This document shows positions 16,828 to 26,879 of a stretch of 64,000 bases of DNA, one piece after another. The notes below the pieces were generated by a model. That model made no database searches. It was not told the DNA's origin and saw nothing but the letters and a program-made list of their open reading frames with translations. Numbering within the stretch: the stretch's first letter is position 1; the number at the start of each line of letters is the position of its first letter. The stretch comes from Leptospirales bacterium (lineage in GTDB: Bacteria; Spirochaetota; Leptospiria; Turneriellales; JAOUFE01), in assembly GCA_040326155.1 (NCBI GenBank), contig JBEQLE010000008.1, forward strand, positions 13,531-77,530, read 5' to 3'. The translations under genes were made by a program, and so were the position numbers.

Positions 16828-18915
16828 TTATTTCAATTCAAACTGAGAATTGGCGGCAGGGCTAATTTGAACTGTTTCTTTATTTTTTCGTTTTTCAGCA
16901 ACTACGGACCAGTAAATATTACCAGGTTTTAATTTTTCGTTACTCTTCAGTTTATACGAAAGTTTCTTCACAGACGCTTTCTTAATTAGAATTTTTTTCT
17001 TGTTACGAATTGAGTACACACTAATCGTATAATAATTTGCTGAAGAGACCTCTGCCCACGAAAATTGGATTTTCCCGTCTTCTACAAGCTGAACCACCGA
17101 GTCTTGCGCCGGGGTAAGTTTTATCGGAGAAGACAAAGCCTTTCTAACATAATACACGCTTATTATTTTACTTTTTACTTTAGGTTTATCTGAACCCTTG
17201 TAAAACGCTTTCACCCGCCAGTAATACTTTCCGTAGGGAATTTTCCTTTCGAGTTTAAAGTTTGATTTTTGAAGACGCCGGGTTATTATTGGTTTCTTGA
17301 GTTTAGATGAAGACGAAAGAATAAATTCATAACTAAAACCTTCTCCAAGGTCGAACCAGGCAAACCTGAGCGATTTCTCAGAAACAGCGCTTTCAAAAAT
17401 ATAGTGATTACCGGGACGCTTCAGCTCCAGAGAGTCGATCATTTTTACCTCGAACAATCGCGGCTTCGACGCTTCAGAAGAAGAAGATTTACTGAAAACG
17501 GAGACAACGCTCCAATAGTATTTTCCGGCTTTCAGTTTTTTCGAAACAGGTAAACTTGTCTTATCTGTTACTTTCGAAAAGACACTGGTTTTTTTCCCTG
17601 GGTTTGAATAAATCGTAACCCGGTAGTGACCTGCACCGGGAACCACCTTCCAGCGCAAGAAAGCCTTCTCTCTTTTTATAGAAACTTCATGAAAAATCTC
17701 CCCTTTTTTTGTTATAATTTTAGGAGAGGCGGCATTTTTTCGTTTTTTCAACTGAAAAGTGTGAACTGGATATTTCACCATTTGAGCAGCCTGTATTCCA
17801 TTCGGAAATTTACAGCGAACGCTCCAATAATACGTTCCGGCGCCGGGAAAACTCGCCGAAAAAGAGCGTGCATCAACAGTAAATTTCTCTTTAAATTCAC
17901 CATTTAAATCGGCCTTGTCCGAAACAATAAGTGTGCTGGAACCGCATTTTTTTGAAATTTTCCAGGTGAATTGTGTCTTAGGACTCTTTCCATGAAAATC
18001 TATTATGGCATTTTGAGAGGGAACAATAAGGTCGGGTTCTTGAATACGAACGACTTGAACCATACGGGTTTCAGAAATAAATTTCTTCTTCCCGTTTTTA
18101 CCGGTAACTTTCCAGTACCAGGAGCCGGGTTCAAGAGGTACAATTCGTGAAACCGTTTTACCGACAGCAATAGTTTTACGATTTTTAAAAGAAGGATTAT
18201 CGGCTAAGACAAAATTCCCACCGCTGTAACCTTTGGGAGCCTTCCATGTAAATGTAAGGCTAGTCTGTGCAGTCGATGTAAGTACAACACGGCTGTCTTT
18301 GGGTTTTTTCAATAAAATTTCAATTTTAACTATTTTCTTTTTTTTGTTCTTATCGGTGGTTAATTTTTCACCTTTTTTCACTCTCTCTTCTTTACCCGAT
18401 TCGTCAATAAAACGAACTGAACCTTTTTTAACAGAGACTTCGGTATCGCCATTCTCGGTTACCGCAACCGAAGCGTCGGCTTCACCCACATCAAACGCCT
18501 CTCCCTTGTCAGTCATAAGGTACGCTTTTTCACCTTTTACCCCGGTGGTTTTTACGCGACCCGATTTTATTTTCAAAGCTGCGGTATCATCATAATTTTC
18601 TACAATGATCATTGAGTTGGGAGAAAGTTCAAACTCAACGCCGTTATTCAACGTCAATTTTGCATCGGAACTTTCTTTTGTTAATATGGAATCTTTAGAA
18701 TATACATCCTCGTTTTTATCGATATCCTCCCAGACAACGCGTTCCTCGTATTTTCGCAACACCTGAAATCGTTTAAAAGAAAGTTTTCCAATAGACTCGC
18801 TATCACTACCCCTTTGAATTTTTTTTGTAAGGTGCAGGTATAAACCCGTAGAGAGCATACTCACCAAAAGCAGACTCGATATTAAAACAATTTTGTCCGG
18901 TCGTTCCAGCTTCAT
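16828..18915 (-). CDS. FecR-domain protein with C-terminal Fn3/Ig-like repeats
   Basis: N-terminal TM; DSILT..SDAKL....LSPNSMI FecR-like segment; repeated F-x-W...Y(Y)W(K/S/R)V units; very Lys-rich. Overlaps the upstream cyclase stop by 4 bp. Confidence 0.8.
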   Translation of the reverse strand: MKLERPDKIVLISSLLLVSMLSTGLYLHLTKKIQRGSDSESIGKLSFKRFQVLRKYEERVVWEDIDKNEDVYSKDSILTKESSDAKLTLNNGVEFELSPNSMIIVENYDDTAALKIKSGRVKTTGVKGEKAYLMTDKGEAFDVGEADASVAVTENGDTEVSVKKGSVRFIDESGKEERVKKGEKLTTDKNKKKKIVKIEILLKKPKDSRVVLTSTAQTSLTFTWKAPKGYSGGNFVLADNPSFKNRKTIAVGKTVSRIVPLEPGSWYWKVTGKNGKKKFISETRMVQVVRIQEPDLIVPSQNAIIDFHGKSPKTQFTWKISKKCGSSTLIVSDKADLNGEFKEKFTVDARSFSASFPGAGTYYWSVRCKFPNGIQAAQMVKYPVHTFQLKKRKNAASPKIITKKGEIFHEVSIKREKAFLRWKVVPGAGHYRVTIYSNPGKKTSVFSKVTDKTSLPVSKKLKAGKYYWSVVSVFSKSSSSEASKPRLFEVKMIDSLELKRPGNHYIFESAVSEKSLRFAWFDLGEGFSYEFILSSSSKLKKPIITRRLQKSNFKLERKIPYGKYYWRVKAFYKGSDKPKVKSKIISVYYVRKALSSPIKLTPAQDSVVQLVEDGKIQFSWAEVSSANYYTISVYSIRNKKKILIKKASVKKLSYKLKSNEKLKPGNIYWSVVAEKRKNKETVQISPAANSQFELK

Positions 18916-20807
18916 TTTGGGTCATCCAGAATTTCGTATTTGACCTCTCCTTCATCCGCTACGGGGTTTGCCGGTCCTTTAAAATCAATACCAACCATGG
19001 CTCGCATTTCCTCTATATTTTTCGGAGCATCGGGGTCTCCTTTATTACCAAGCACGGCGTAAATTTGCTGGGGATCCGATTTTCCTTTTACTTTAATTTT
19101 TTGCATAGCCACACAATCAAAAAGGTTTTCGACTCTGGAAAAAGTTTCCTGAGAAATAAGAATATCGGTTCCAAAGGGTTTGTTCAAAGCCTCAATACGA
19201 GAAGCAAGGTTTACGGCGTCCCCGATTACGGTATACTCCAGACGATCATTAGAACCAATTTGCCCTGCAATAACCGGTCCACTGTTAATTCCCGAACCAA
19301 TTTTAATAATAGGTTTTTTAGGAGCACCCCTTCCTACATTAAACTTAATTAGGGCCAGACGCATCATAAGAGTTCCGTTAATGGCATTTTCTTCATCGTT
19401 GCCTCTGCTAACGGGAGTTCCCCATACCGCCATAATGGCATCGCCAATAAATTTATCAACAACTCCATGGGTTTTAGTTATACATTCGAGCATAACCGTC
19501 ATATATTCATTTAAAAATTCAACGACCTCTTCTGGTTCCAGAGTTTCCGAAATATTTGTAAAAGAACGTATATCCGAAAAAAAGATGGTCGCTTGCGCAC
19601 GCTCTCCACCCAGTTTAATTTCACCACGCATCGCTTGTTCGGCGATTTCAGGGTTCACAAATTTATTCAATGCCCCTTTTAACTTTTCTCTTTCTTCGAG
19701 ACCGGTACTCATAAGATTAAAGGCTTCCGTTAAATGACCCACTTCATCCCGAGATGTAGAGGTTAGCTCATGATGGTAATTCCCTTTTTGAATTTCATTA
19801 CTTGTCTGGACTAAACGCTTCAAAGGCACGGACAAAGACTTAGCGAAAAAATAGATAACGGTAAAAGCAAGAACAAGAACAATAAGAGTAATAAAAATCG
19901 AAGCATAACGTATTTCGCGAATCGCTTCAAGGGCCTGGTACTGGGAGACTTCAGCAATCACCATCAGGTTTCCAGTAGGAATTCGGTTAAAGGCCCCGTA
20001 AAACCACTCATCGGTATCATTCTGGTACATTAGAGTTCCAGCGTTCGCGGTCTGTGAAAGTATACTTTTTACTTCAGAGCGCTCCGCTAAATTGCCTTCA
20101 TCCAGAATAATACCTCGATCGTTTGAGGCGATCAAATTTCCGGAAGCGTCAATGAGGTGGGTTCTGGTCGAATCCGATTTTTCGCCAAAAATAGCCATAA
20201 TAGAATTCATTTGTATAAGAATAACATACACCTGAGATTTTTTCCCGGCGTCCGGGACGGGAGTTACAATAGCCATCACCGGAGTCTGAAAAAGAGCCGA
20301 AAGATTTTTTACAAGAGTAATTCCGTTAAAGCTTGCAACGAGATCTTCTTCAAGATGTTCATGAACAGAAAGTACATCGGAAATATTTATATCAGAGTCT
20401 TTAAAAAATACGGAATCATACATATCGTCGACTTTACGAGTAGAACCCGAAGATGTCTTTTCAACCAGCGACGTATAAAAAACCTCTTTTTCGTCACTGA
20501 AAAAACGAGATACCAGCGCCGCTTTACCGGCACGAAAATCTTTTTTCGTAGAATACATAAGATCTACTTCATTTATTTGACTGTCTAAAGAGATTTGAAT
20601 TCGCTCAGCCAGCAATTTCGCAGTAGCCGTTTTTTCTGCGAAAACTTTATTTTCCGTATCTGTCTCAAAATAGTTCAATGCAAACATGGTTGTGGCCGTC
20701 AAGCTCGCAACTACGATTAAAGAGATAATCGACTGTAATTTAACCCGAATTGGAAATTTCGGGGATCTGTTTTCAATAGATTCGTTACCGGATTCTTGAG
20801 CCGTCAT
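18912..20807 (-). CDS. Class III adenylate/guanylate cyclase with Cache-like and HAMP domains
   Basis: FSDIRSFT, DKFIGDAIMA, YTVIGDAVNLASRIE, KVKGK; RBS AGGAG before the ATG at 20807. Confidence 0.94.
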   Translation of the reverse strand: MTAQESGNESIENRSPKFPIRVKLQSIISLIVVASLTATTMFALNYFETDTENKVFAEKTATAKLLAERIQISLDSQINEVDLMYSTKKDFRAGKAALVSRFFSDEKEVFYTSLVEKTSSGSTRKVDDMYDSVFFKDSDINISDVLSVHEHLEEDLVASFNGITLVKNLSALFQTPVMAIVTPVPDAGKKSQVYVILIQMNSIMAIFGEKSDSTRTHLIDASGNLIASNDRGIILDEGNLAERSEVKSILSQTANAGTLMYQNDTDEWFYGAFNRIPTGNLMVIAEVSQYQALEAIREIRYASIFITLIVLVLAFTVIYFFAKSLSVPLKRLVQTSNEIQKGNYHHELTSTSRDEVGHLTEAFNLMSTGLEEREKLKGALNKFVNPEIAEQAMRGEIKLGGERAQATIFFSDIRSFTNISETLEPEEVVEFLNEYMTVMLECITKTHGVVDKFIGDAIMAVWGTPVSRGNDEENAINGTLMMRLALIKFNVGRGAPKKPIIKIGSGINSGPVIAGQIGSNDRLEYTVIGDAVNLASRIEALNKPFGTDILISQETFSRVENLFDCVAMQKIKVKGKSDPQQIYAVLGNKGDPDAPKNIEEMRAMVGIDFKGPANPVADEGEVKYEILDDPK

Positions 20808-20913
20808 AAATACTCCTGTTAATGCATTATAATTGGATAATAAAATATAAAATCCAGCTGTAAAGCCCATTGTCAAGTGGGTTTTTACCGGAATTTAAAT
20901 AATCAAAAACAAG

Positions 20914-23520
20914 CTACGTTAAAAGAGCGTCCGTTATAATTTCAACGAGAGACGGTCCCTTCACTTTCAGAGCTATTTCTATGGTTTTCGCAAGTTCATC
21001 TGGTTTTTCAACTCGATAGCCTTTAGCGCCGCAAAGGTTCGCATAATCGGCAAAACGAGGATTATGCAGATCGGTTTGCCAGACATCAAGTTGAGCGGCT
21101 CTTTGCTCTTTTGAAATTTTACCAAGCTCATTGTTATTCAGTAAAATATGAGTAATGTCCATGTTATACTTTACCGCAGTGGTTAGCTCACCCATGTACT
21201 GGCCAAAACCACCGTCGCCGCTAATTGAAACGATTTTTCGCCCGCTATTTGCAGCCCAGGCTCCCATGGCCGCCGGAAAAGCAAAACCAATCGAGCCGAG
21301 ATAACCCGACATAAGAACGCTCTGTTGATTGCACTCAAAATAACGCCCGAACGAGTAGGTATTGTTTCCAACATCCACTGCGATGACCGCGTCTTTGAGC
21401 AAAATTTTAGAGAGCTGCGCAAAAACAACAGCCGAGTTTATTCCATTGCCGTTATCCTGAGTCTCGCGTTTACTTTTTTCAAGACGCCATAGTTCCCACT
21501 GCTGCGCAATTTCATCTTTTTGATTATGCCATTTCTTTTCGGGCAAATTCTTTTGTATTAAGTTGGCCGTAGTTTTAATATCGCCCCAGACCAACTCATC
21601 CACAGGGTGAAATTTACCCAGAGCCATTCGGTCATAGTCCACCTGAATAATTGGTTTGGACGCATCGATTCCGGTATGTTGTGAAAACGAAGCTCCAAAA
21701 ACAACCAGCTGGTCTGAACGATTCATAAGCCAACTGGCAACGGGCGTTCCACTGCGTCCCAAAACTCCGGCAGCCAGCGGATGGTGATCGGAAATTTGCC
21801 CTTTGGCTTTAAAAGTCGTAATAACCGGGCAATCTAAAACCTGAGCCAGCTCTATAATTTCGCTCATCGCTTCACGCGCGCCATAACCAACAATAATTAC
21901 AGGTCGTTGAGCTCTTGCAATTCGATACACGGCGTAATTCAGAGCCTGAGGCGGGGGGGTAATATCCGTCTGGCTGACTCGCCCGAGCGGTCGCCCCGGC
22001 CCCGTATCTTTCGCGTCTAAAACCTGTACTTCATCGGGCAAAATGAGATGCGAGATACTCTTTTCAATAACAGCACTTTTTAGAGCCAACGAAGTCAGTT
22101 CGGAATATTTGCTTCCCGGCAACATTGTCTGGCTGAATGTAGATACGGCGCTGAAGGCCGAAGCAAGATCGATCTCTTGAAAAGACCCCGGACCAAGTAC
22201 CTGGGTATTTACCTGACCCGTTAAAGCCAAAACCGGCGCTCTGTCCATTTTGGCGTCCCAAAGACCTGTTAACAAGTTCGTGGCGCCCGGACCCGCAATA
22301 GACAATACGGCGGCCGGTAGCCCCGTAAGTTTAGCATAACCAGAAGCAGCAAAAGAGGCGGCCCCTTCATGACGTATCCCAAAATAACGAATTTTACCTT
22401 TTTGTTCTTGAATTCGGATGGCTTCGGCCATTCCCAGGTTGGAATGCCCCACCATTCCAAAAACAGTATTTATACCCCACTCCACCATGGTCTCTGCCAC
22501 AACGTGGCTTACGGTCCATGTCGATTGAGAGGGCGATTGACTTAAAACTTCTATTTTCCCCTCGTTTTCACGAATCTCCAATTTTTCAACTTTTAAATTA
22601 TTACCGATGCCTTTTCCGTCTTTTAAGGAAAATTCGTAACCATGCCACGGGCAACGAATGGATCTGTCTGTTAAAGAGCCTTCCTGCAAAGGCCCGCCCT
22701 GGTGAGGACACGTTGCGTCAAAAGCGACGAAGCCTTCCTTACTATTTACGATTATTACTTTGGCAGAATTCACGGTTACGGTTGTTATTTCATTTTCTTT
22801 AAAGTCATTCACCTTCCCGACTTCTACCCATGTATCCACCACTTCACCGGTTTTTCGATTCGCGGCAGATATGGTTAAAGCTTCATCATCTTTAAAACCA
22901 ACATACCAGTGGGTGCCGTCACAAAATGGTTTATTTCTCGACTTGCCACACCGGCAAAGTGCATAGTGTTCACTGCCCACTCCTTCAGGAAGTTCTTCAT
23001 TTTCCAGAGCAATATTACCGCGAACGCTGTATGGCCCATCGCGCAAGACTTGAATTTCAGGCAGCTCATGAAAAGATGTCTCAATTTTTCCAGCCTCTTC
23101 ATAGGCCAGAGCCCCCGAAGGGCATTTATGTATAATACCTTTTATTTCGTCCGGTGTCGCTCCGTTCGCATCAATCCATGGTTCAACGCCGCTTCTCCAG
23201 ACCGAAGGCAGACCGCTTGTACAAAACCCTGCATGGGAACATATTCCCCGGTTATCTCGAATAGTAATTTTTTCGCCCTTATAAATATCGAGTTGATCGG
23301 GTACTCTTTCAGGCTCTTTTTTATCTTGAAATTGAATCGCCCTATGGGTACCGTCGCAAAACGGTTTCGTCGCGGCAGCTCCGCAGCGACAAAGTGACAT
23401 TTGTTCTTTCGTACTAATATCTTCTTCTCTGGAATTTTTAAATACTTCTAAATTGCTGACTTTAATTGATCCATTTTCTTTAATTCGAATAGATGGTTTT
23501 TTAGAGCTGTTTTTTTCCAT
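20914..23520 (-). CDS. TPP-dependent pyruvate oxidase-like enzyme fused to N-terminal CDGSH, divergent 4Fe-4S, CDGSH and Rieske domains
   Basis: LCRCG..KPFCDGTH twice; CSHAGFC...CPSGAL; CPHQGGPL...CPWHG; RHEGAA, GPGATN, GDGGF...NN. Confidence 0.9.
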   Translation of the reverse strand: MEKNSSKKPSIRIKENGSIKVSNLEVFKNSREEDISTKEQMSLCRCGAAATKPFCDGTHRAIQFQDKKEPERVPDQLDIYKGEKITIRDNRGICSHAGFCTSGLPSVWRSGVEPWIDANGATPDEIKGIIHKCPSGALAYEEAGKIETSFHELPEIQVLRDGPYSVRGNIALENEELPEGVGSEHYALCRCGKSRNKPFCDGTHWYVGFKDDEALTISAANRKTGEVVDTWVEVGKVNDFKENEITTVTVNSAKVIIVNSKEGFVAFDATCPHQGGPLQEGSLTDRSIRCPWHGYEFSLKDGKGIGNNLKVEKLEIRENEGKIEVLSQSPSQSTWTVSHVVAETMVEWGINTVFGMVGHSNLGMAEAIRIQEQKGKIRYFGIRHEGAASFAASGYAKLTGLPAAVLSIAGPGATNLLTGLWDAKMDRAPVLALTGQVNTQVLGPGSFQEIDLASAFSAVSTFSQTMLPGSKYSELTSLALKSAVIEKSISHLILPDEVQVLDAKDTGPGRPLGRVSQTDITPPPQALNYAVYRIARAQRPVIIVGYGAREAMSEIIELAQVLDCPVITTFKAKGQISDHHPLAAGVLGRSGTPVASWLMNRSDQLVVFGASFSQHTGIDASKPIIQVDYDRMALGKFHPVDELVWGDIKTTANLIQKNLPEKKWHNQKDEIAQQWELWRLEKSKRETQDNGNGINSAVVFAQLSKILLKDAVIAVDVGNNTYSFGRYFECNQQSVLMSGYLGSIGFAFPAAMGAWAANSGRKIVSISGDGGFGQYMGELTTAVKYNMDITHILLNNNELGKISKEQRAAQLDVWQTDLHNPRFADYANLCGAKGYRVEKPDELAKTIEIALKVKGPSLVEIITDALLT

Positions 23521-23759
23521 ATGCACTAACATGAAATATTACGAACAATGTCAAGTGCAGTTAGATAATTCTTCATTTTGTGAATAAAATTTATTTGCTT
23601 TATCACCTTTTTGCTTCGATCAAAGTAGCGGGGTCCAAAATATTTAAAACACTAAATTTTTTATTTTGTTGTAAGATTTAACCGCCTTTTTATACTAACT
23701 GTAATAAGTAATAAAAATGACCTTCCTGCTCAATAATCCACTTTAAAAAGGATTCAATT

Positions 23760-23894
23760 ATGGATACAACGGAAAAAAACGGAGAAACCTCTGCCTCATT
23801 AACGGGTATAGCTTTGCCTGAAATTAACTTGAGAACACAAGACGATGCGATGGTTGATTTAAAAGCTGCTAAAACATTAAAATCTAATTCATAA
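23760..23894 (+). pseudogene. 44-aa ORF, possible N-terminal fragment of a redoxin
   Basis: AAAGGA RBS; MDTTEKNGETSASLTGIALPEINLRTQDDAMVDLKAAKTLKSNS resembles the G-x-x-L-P-x-x-x-L-x-x-x-D start of AhpC/TSA proteins. Confidence 0.3.
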
Positions 23895-24089
23895 AAAAAT
23901 AAGAATCCATATATTATACCATTAAATTTCATTATCTAAATAAAATTCATCCTTGACAATGAAACGATTATGTGTATCTAATTATTTAGTTATTGCCAAT
24001 CGTACGTTTTAACAGGATATGGTAGTAAAATCGAACTATATTTAACATGATTCTTAAATCGGTGATATGGTTACCAAAAGGATGGAAAA

Positions 24090-24299
24090 TTGGCAAAACA
24101 GAACTATAAATATGAAAAACGTCAGAAAGATATTGCTAAAAAGAAAAAAAAAGATGAGAAACGGCAAAGAAAATTAAGTAAAGCTTCAGACGCTGGTGAT
24201 GAAAATCCGGAGACCGATGGTGAATCGGAAGCGGTAAGCGAAAATGTTGAGAACAGCGCCCAAACTAATGTAACTACAAGTGACAGTAGCGAATCATAA
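24090..24299 (+). CDS. Small protein with basic N-terminus and acidic tail
   Basis: MAKQNYKYEKRQKDIAKKKKKDEKRQRK is a recurring small-protein pattern; TTG start. Confidence 0.7.
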   Translation: MAKQNYKYEKRQKDIAKKKKKDEKRQRKLSKASDAGDENPETDGESEAVSENVENSAQTNVTTSDSSES

Positions 24300-24393
24300 A
24301 ACCCGCCACAATCGCTCCGTAATTTAAGCAACTCACGACGTTTATCGACAAGCATTACCAATATGCCTTCGTCGCGCCATTTCATTTATATGA

Positions 24394-24414
24394 GCCCGCC
24401 GGTAGTCGGCGGGC
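24394..24414. terminator. GC-rich hairpin between convergent genes
   Basis: GCCCGCCG-GTAGT-CGGCGGGC. Confidence 0.55.
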
Positions 24415-24431
24415 ATTCAGTTTAAAGTGAT

Positions 24432-25043
24432 TTATTTATTTTTTGTTTTTACAACAATGCCGGCTAAAAGCTCTTCAAAATCTTCAAAGTACTTATCAAA
24501 TAAATCGGCGCTGGTATAAGTGATAATCTGGAAAACACCTTCGGGACCAGACCAATATGCACTGTGGTATACAAATTTAATTCCTTCAATTGTTCCCTTG
24601 ATATCCATAACCAGAACATTTTCACCATTTATTTGGGTTATTTCATCATAGGTTACTCTTGCATCCTTAGCTACCTTCTTGGCATTCGTCAGGGCTGTGG
24701 TTTTCAGTACATCAAGTTCCATTTCAATTTTCTCAATGATCATCACAGAATAACCCCCGCCGGACTGGTGTATCATGCTGAACTCAGCCGCACCATTTAA
24801 GGGCTTTTCCGTTTCTTTCCATTTATTGGAATCATACCATATCTCTACAAATTTCTTTTTACTCTTTAATACCTTTTTCGCAGTACTCGGTTTATTCAAT
24901 ACCGGCATATACTCCCAAGTATTATCTTCATTTAGAGTAACTGGCTGTCCATCTGATGTTTCAGCCCCCATTGGAAAATCGGCTGCGTACACGCCCCCGA
25001 TTAGAGTCAATAGCGCTGTAGTCATAATAATAAATCGTTTCAT
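24432..25043 (-). CDS. Secreted hypothetical protein
   Basis: GGAGG RBS, signal peptide (VYA), and a DUF3157-like segment AETSDGQPVTLNEDNTWEY. Confidence 0.8.
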   Translation of the reverse strand: MKRFIIMTTALLTLIGGVYAADFPMGAETSDGQPVTLNEDNTWEYMPVLNKPSTAKKVLKSKKKFVEIWYDSNKWKETEKPLNGAAEFSMIHQSGGGYSVMIIEKIEMELDVLKTTALTNAKKVAKDARVTYDEITQINGENVLVMDIKGTIEGIKFVYHSAYWSGPEGVFQIITYTSADLFDKYFEDFEELLAGIVVKTKNK

Positions 25044-25273
25044 GGTTTCCTCCACCGTTTAATACATAAATTCTTGTACAAGGTTAAGATAGGTGAATAT
25101 CTTAGCAAGAATAAAAACACTAGTATGGTATATCGTTTCCTGCTTTCCTTATTAAAAATTCTTTCTCTCTTCGTGTCCTTTGTGCCTTTGTGGGCAAAAT
25201 TGTTCCTTTGCCTGATTCCTGATATCTTTGAAGATTTTTATGGACAGCTCACGCGCATGCTCTAAGTAGAGTT

Positions 25274-25843
25274 GTGGAATTTTCTTTAGAGTTGCCGGAG
25301 CAAAGTTACGATTCTGATAATTTGTTCAGCGTGTTTGGAAGGGCTGTATATTTAGCGCTTCGTTTTGAAGAGCAATGCCTTGGTCTGGCGTTTCTGGCGG
25401 GCTTTCCGAACCCGCAAAAGGTGTTGTCCAGCGAAACTCAAACTGGAGCTTTTGCGCAGGAACTCGAAAAAAAAATTACCGAACCCTACCTGGCCGATTC
25501 GTTAGAATTTTTACGTTCTCTTATGAAAATAAATACAAAAATAAATTCGAAAAAAAAACCGCAGAAGAGTTCAACGGATAAACTAAATGACATTTTAAAC
25601 AAGGCAAGAATAGCCCGAAACGAACTTCTTCACGCACCGGGGCCATTTTTTCCCACCCAAGACGCCACGCCGGAATTGGATACCGAGCGGCTGAACACAA
25701 TTCTGCTCGATTTAGCCGGAGGTCATAGAAGTGTAGTTTTGCTCGCCTCGGGAGTATTGCAAAAACCCATATCTAACATCGAACGAGCGCAAAGCTATCC
25801 TGAAAATGTACTGGGCTGGGTTCTCGGTTCCAGGACCGACTGA
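25274..25843 (+). CDS. Hypothetical protein
   Basis: 189-aa ORF with GRAVYLALRFE and ARIARNELLH segments; overlaps the convergent gene by 132 bp. Confidence 0.6.
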   Translation: MEFSLELPEQSYDSDNLFSVFGRAVYLALRFEEQCLGLAFLAGFPNPQKVLSSETQTGAFAQELEKKITEPYLADSLEFLRSLMKINTKINSKKKPQKSSTDKLNDILNKARIARNELLHAPGPFFPTQDATPELDTERLNTILLDLAGGHRSVVLLASGVLQKPISNIERAQSYPENVLGWVLGSRTD

Positions 25844-26830
25844 CCATGCATTGCGAAAATCTTTTCTGAATAAAATATTAGTGGAATTCTTTTCTGGTTT
25901 ATTTTCTGGTTTTTCGTCCGCATTTTCTTCAAGCGCATCTTCCGGGTTGGACTCTGGGGCTGTTTCTATTATTAATTTTTCTACGGTGTACCCTTTTTCT
26001 TTCAGCATTTCCAGCACACTGTCGGGGCCGGAGAAATGACCGACGCCGACCAAAACTAATTCAGTTTCAGGCGTTCTTAAAAACCCGGCAATTTTTGGTA
26101 TCCACCTTTTATTACGTTTGACCAGCAAATTATTATACATGGTTGGAAAATTTACTTTCCAGTTTTTAATAAATAATTCATAAAGTTCTTGTTCCTGTCC
26201 AGATCGCCAGACATCCACAATTTTATGAAGGTGGTTTTCCGCTTGATCCATATCGCCAAGCGCATCGACAACATATTCATTTTCATAACCTTCCCCCAGA
26301 CTCACAAGTAACTTTAATTGGTATTGAATAGTTTCAAGTCCGATCACCTTTCGCCCATCTTCTACCGCTTTATTAAAATAATACTTGTCCACCCCGTCCG
26401 TAATGCCGGCTTTTTGCCATTTTAGCGCCATAAGATAATTTATAACCATCCATGGCTTCATTATCTTCAATACGGAAATCTGAAGACTGTTTTCTTCACA
26501 GTACGCTTTTAGTTTCGCATACACTTCAGGCGATAATTCCGTTTCTAAGGTTTTACCATCCTTGTATACTCCGTTTTTTGTAATATATTCGATCATTTTT
26601 GGAGGAGAGATTTTACTCATGTCCACCTCAAGAATCAGAGTTTCAGAATTTTCATAAACCCAGTCATACTCCTTCGGAATACTGTTATTGTCTTTGAATA
26701 GAAGGTGTATTGTCCCCCCGAGATAAACAATGTTCCCCTTTTTTGAGGTAACTTTCCAAACTGATGCTTCGGAAAACAGGGCCGTTTGTAAACCTGCAAA
26801 TAGAATAATAACAGTACATATTTTTTTCAT
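25712..26830 (-). CDS. TraB/GumN (Tiki-like) family protein
   Basis: Signal peptide, YLGGTIH, GVDKY, GLET, RNKRW, VGVGH, GYTVE. Confidence 0.9.
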   Translation of the reverse strand: MKKICTVIILFAGLQTALFSEASVWKVTSKKGNIVYLGGTIHLLFKDNNSIPKEYDWVYENSETLILEVDMSKISPPKMIEYITKNGVYKDGKTLETELSPEVYAKLKAYCEENSLQISVLKIMKPWMVINYLMALKWQKAGITDGVDKYYFNKAVEDGRKVIGLETIQYQLKLLVSLGEGYENEYVVDALGDMDQAENHLHKIVDVWRSGQEQELYELFIKNWKVNFPTMYNNLLVKRNKRWIPKIAGFLRTPETELVLVGVGHFSGPDSVLEMLKEKGYTVEKLIIETAPESNPEDALEENADEKPENKPEKNSTNILFRKDFRNAWSVGPGTENPAQYIFRIALRSFDVRYGFLQYSRGEQNYTSMTSG

Positions 26831-26879
26831 CTGCCAGAATTTGAAACTATAGCTGAAAAATCAATTTATTTTTGTGAGT

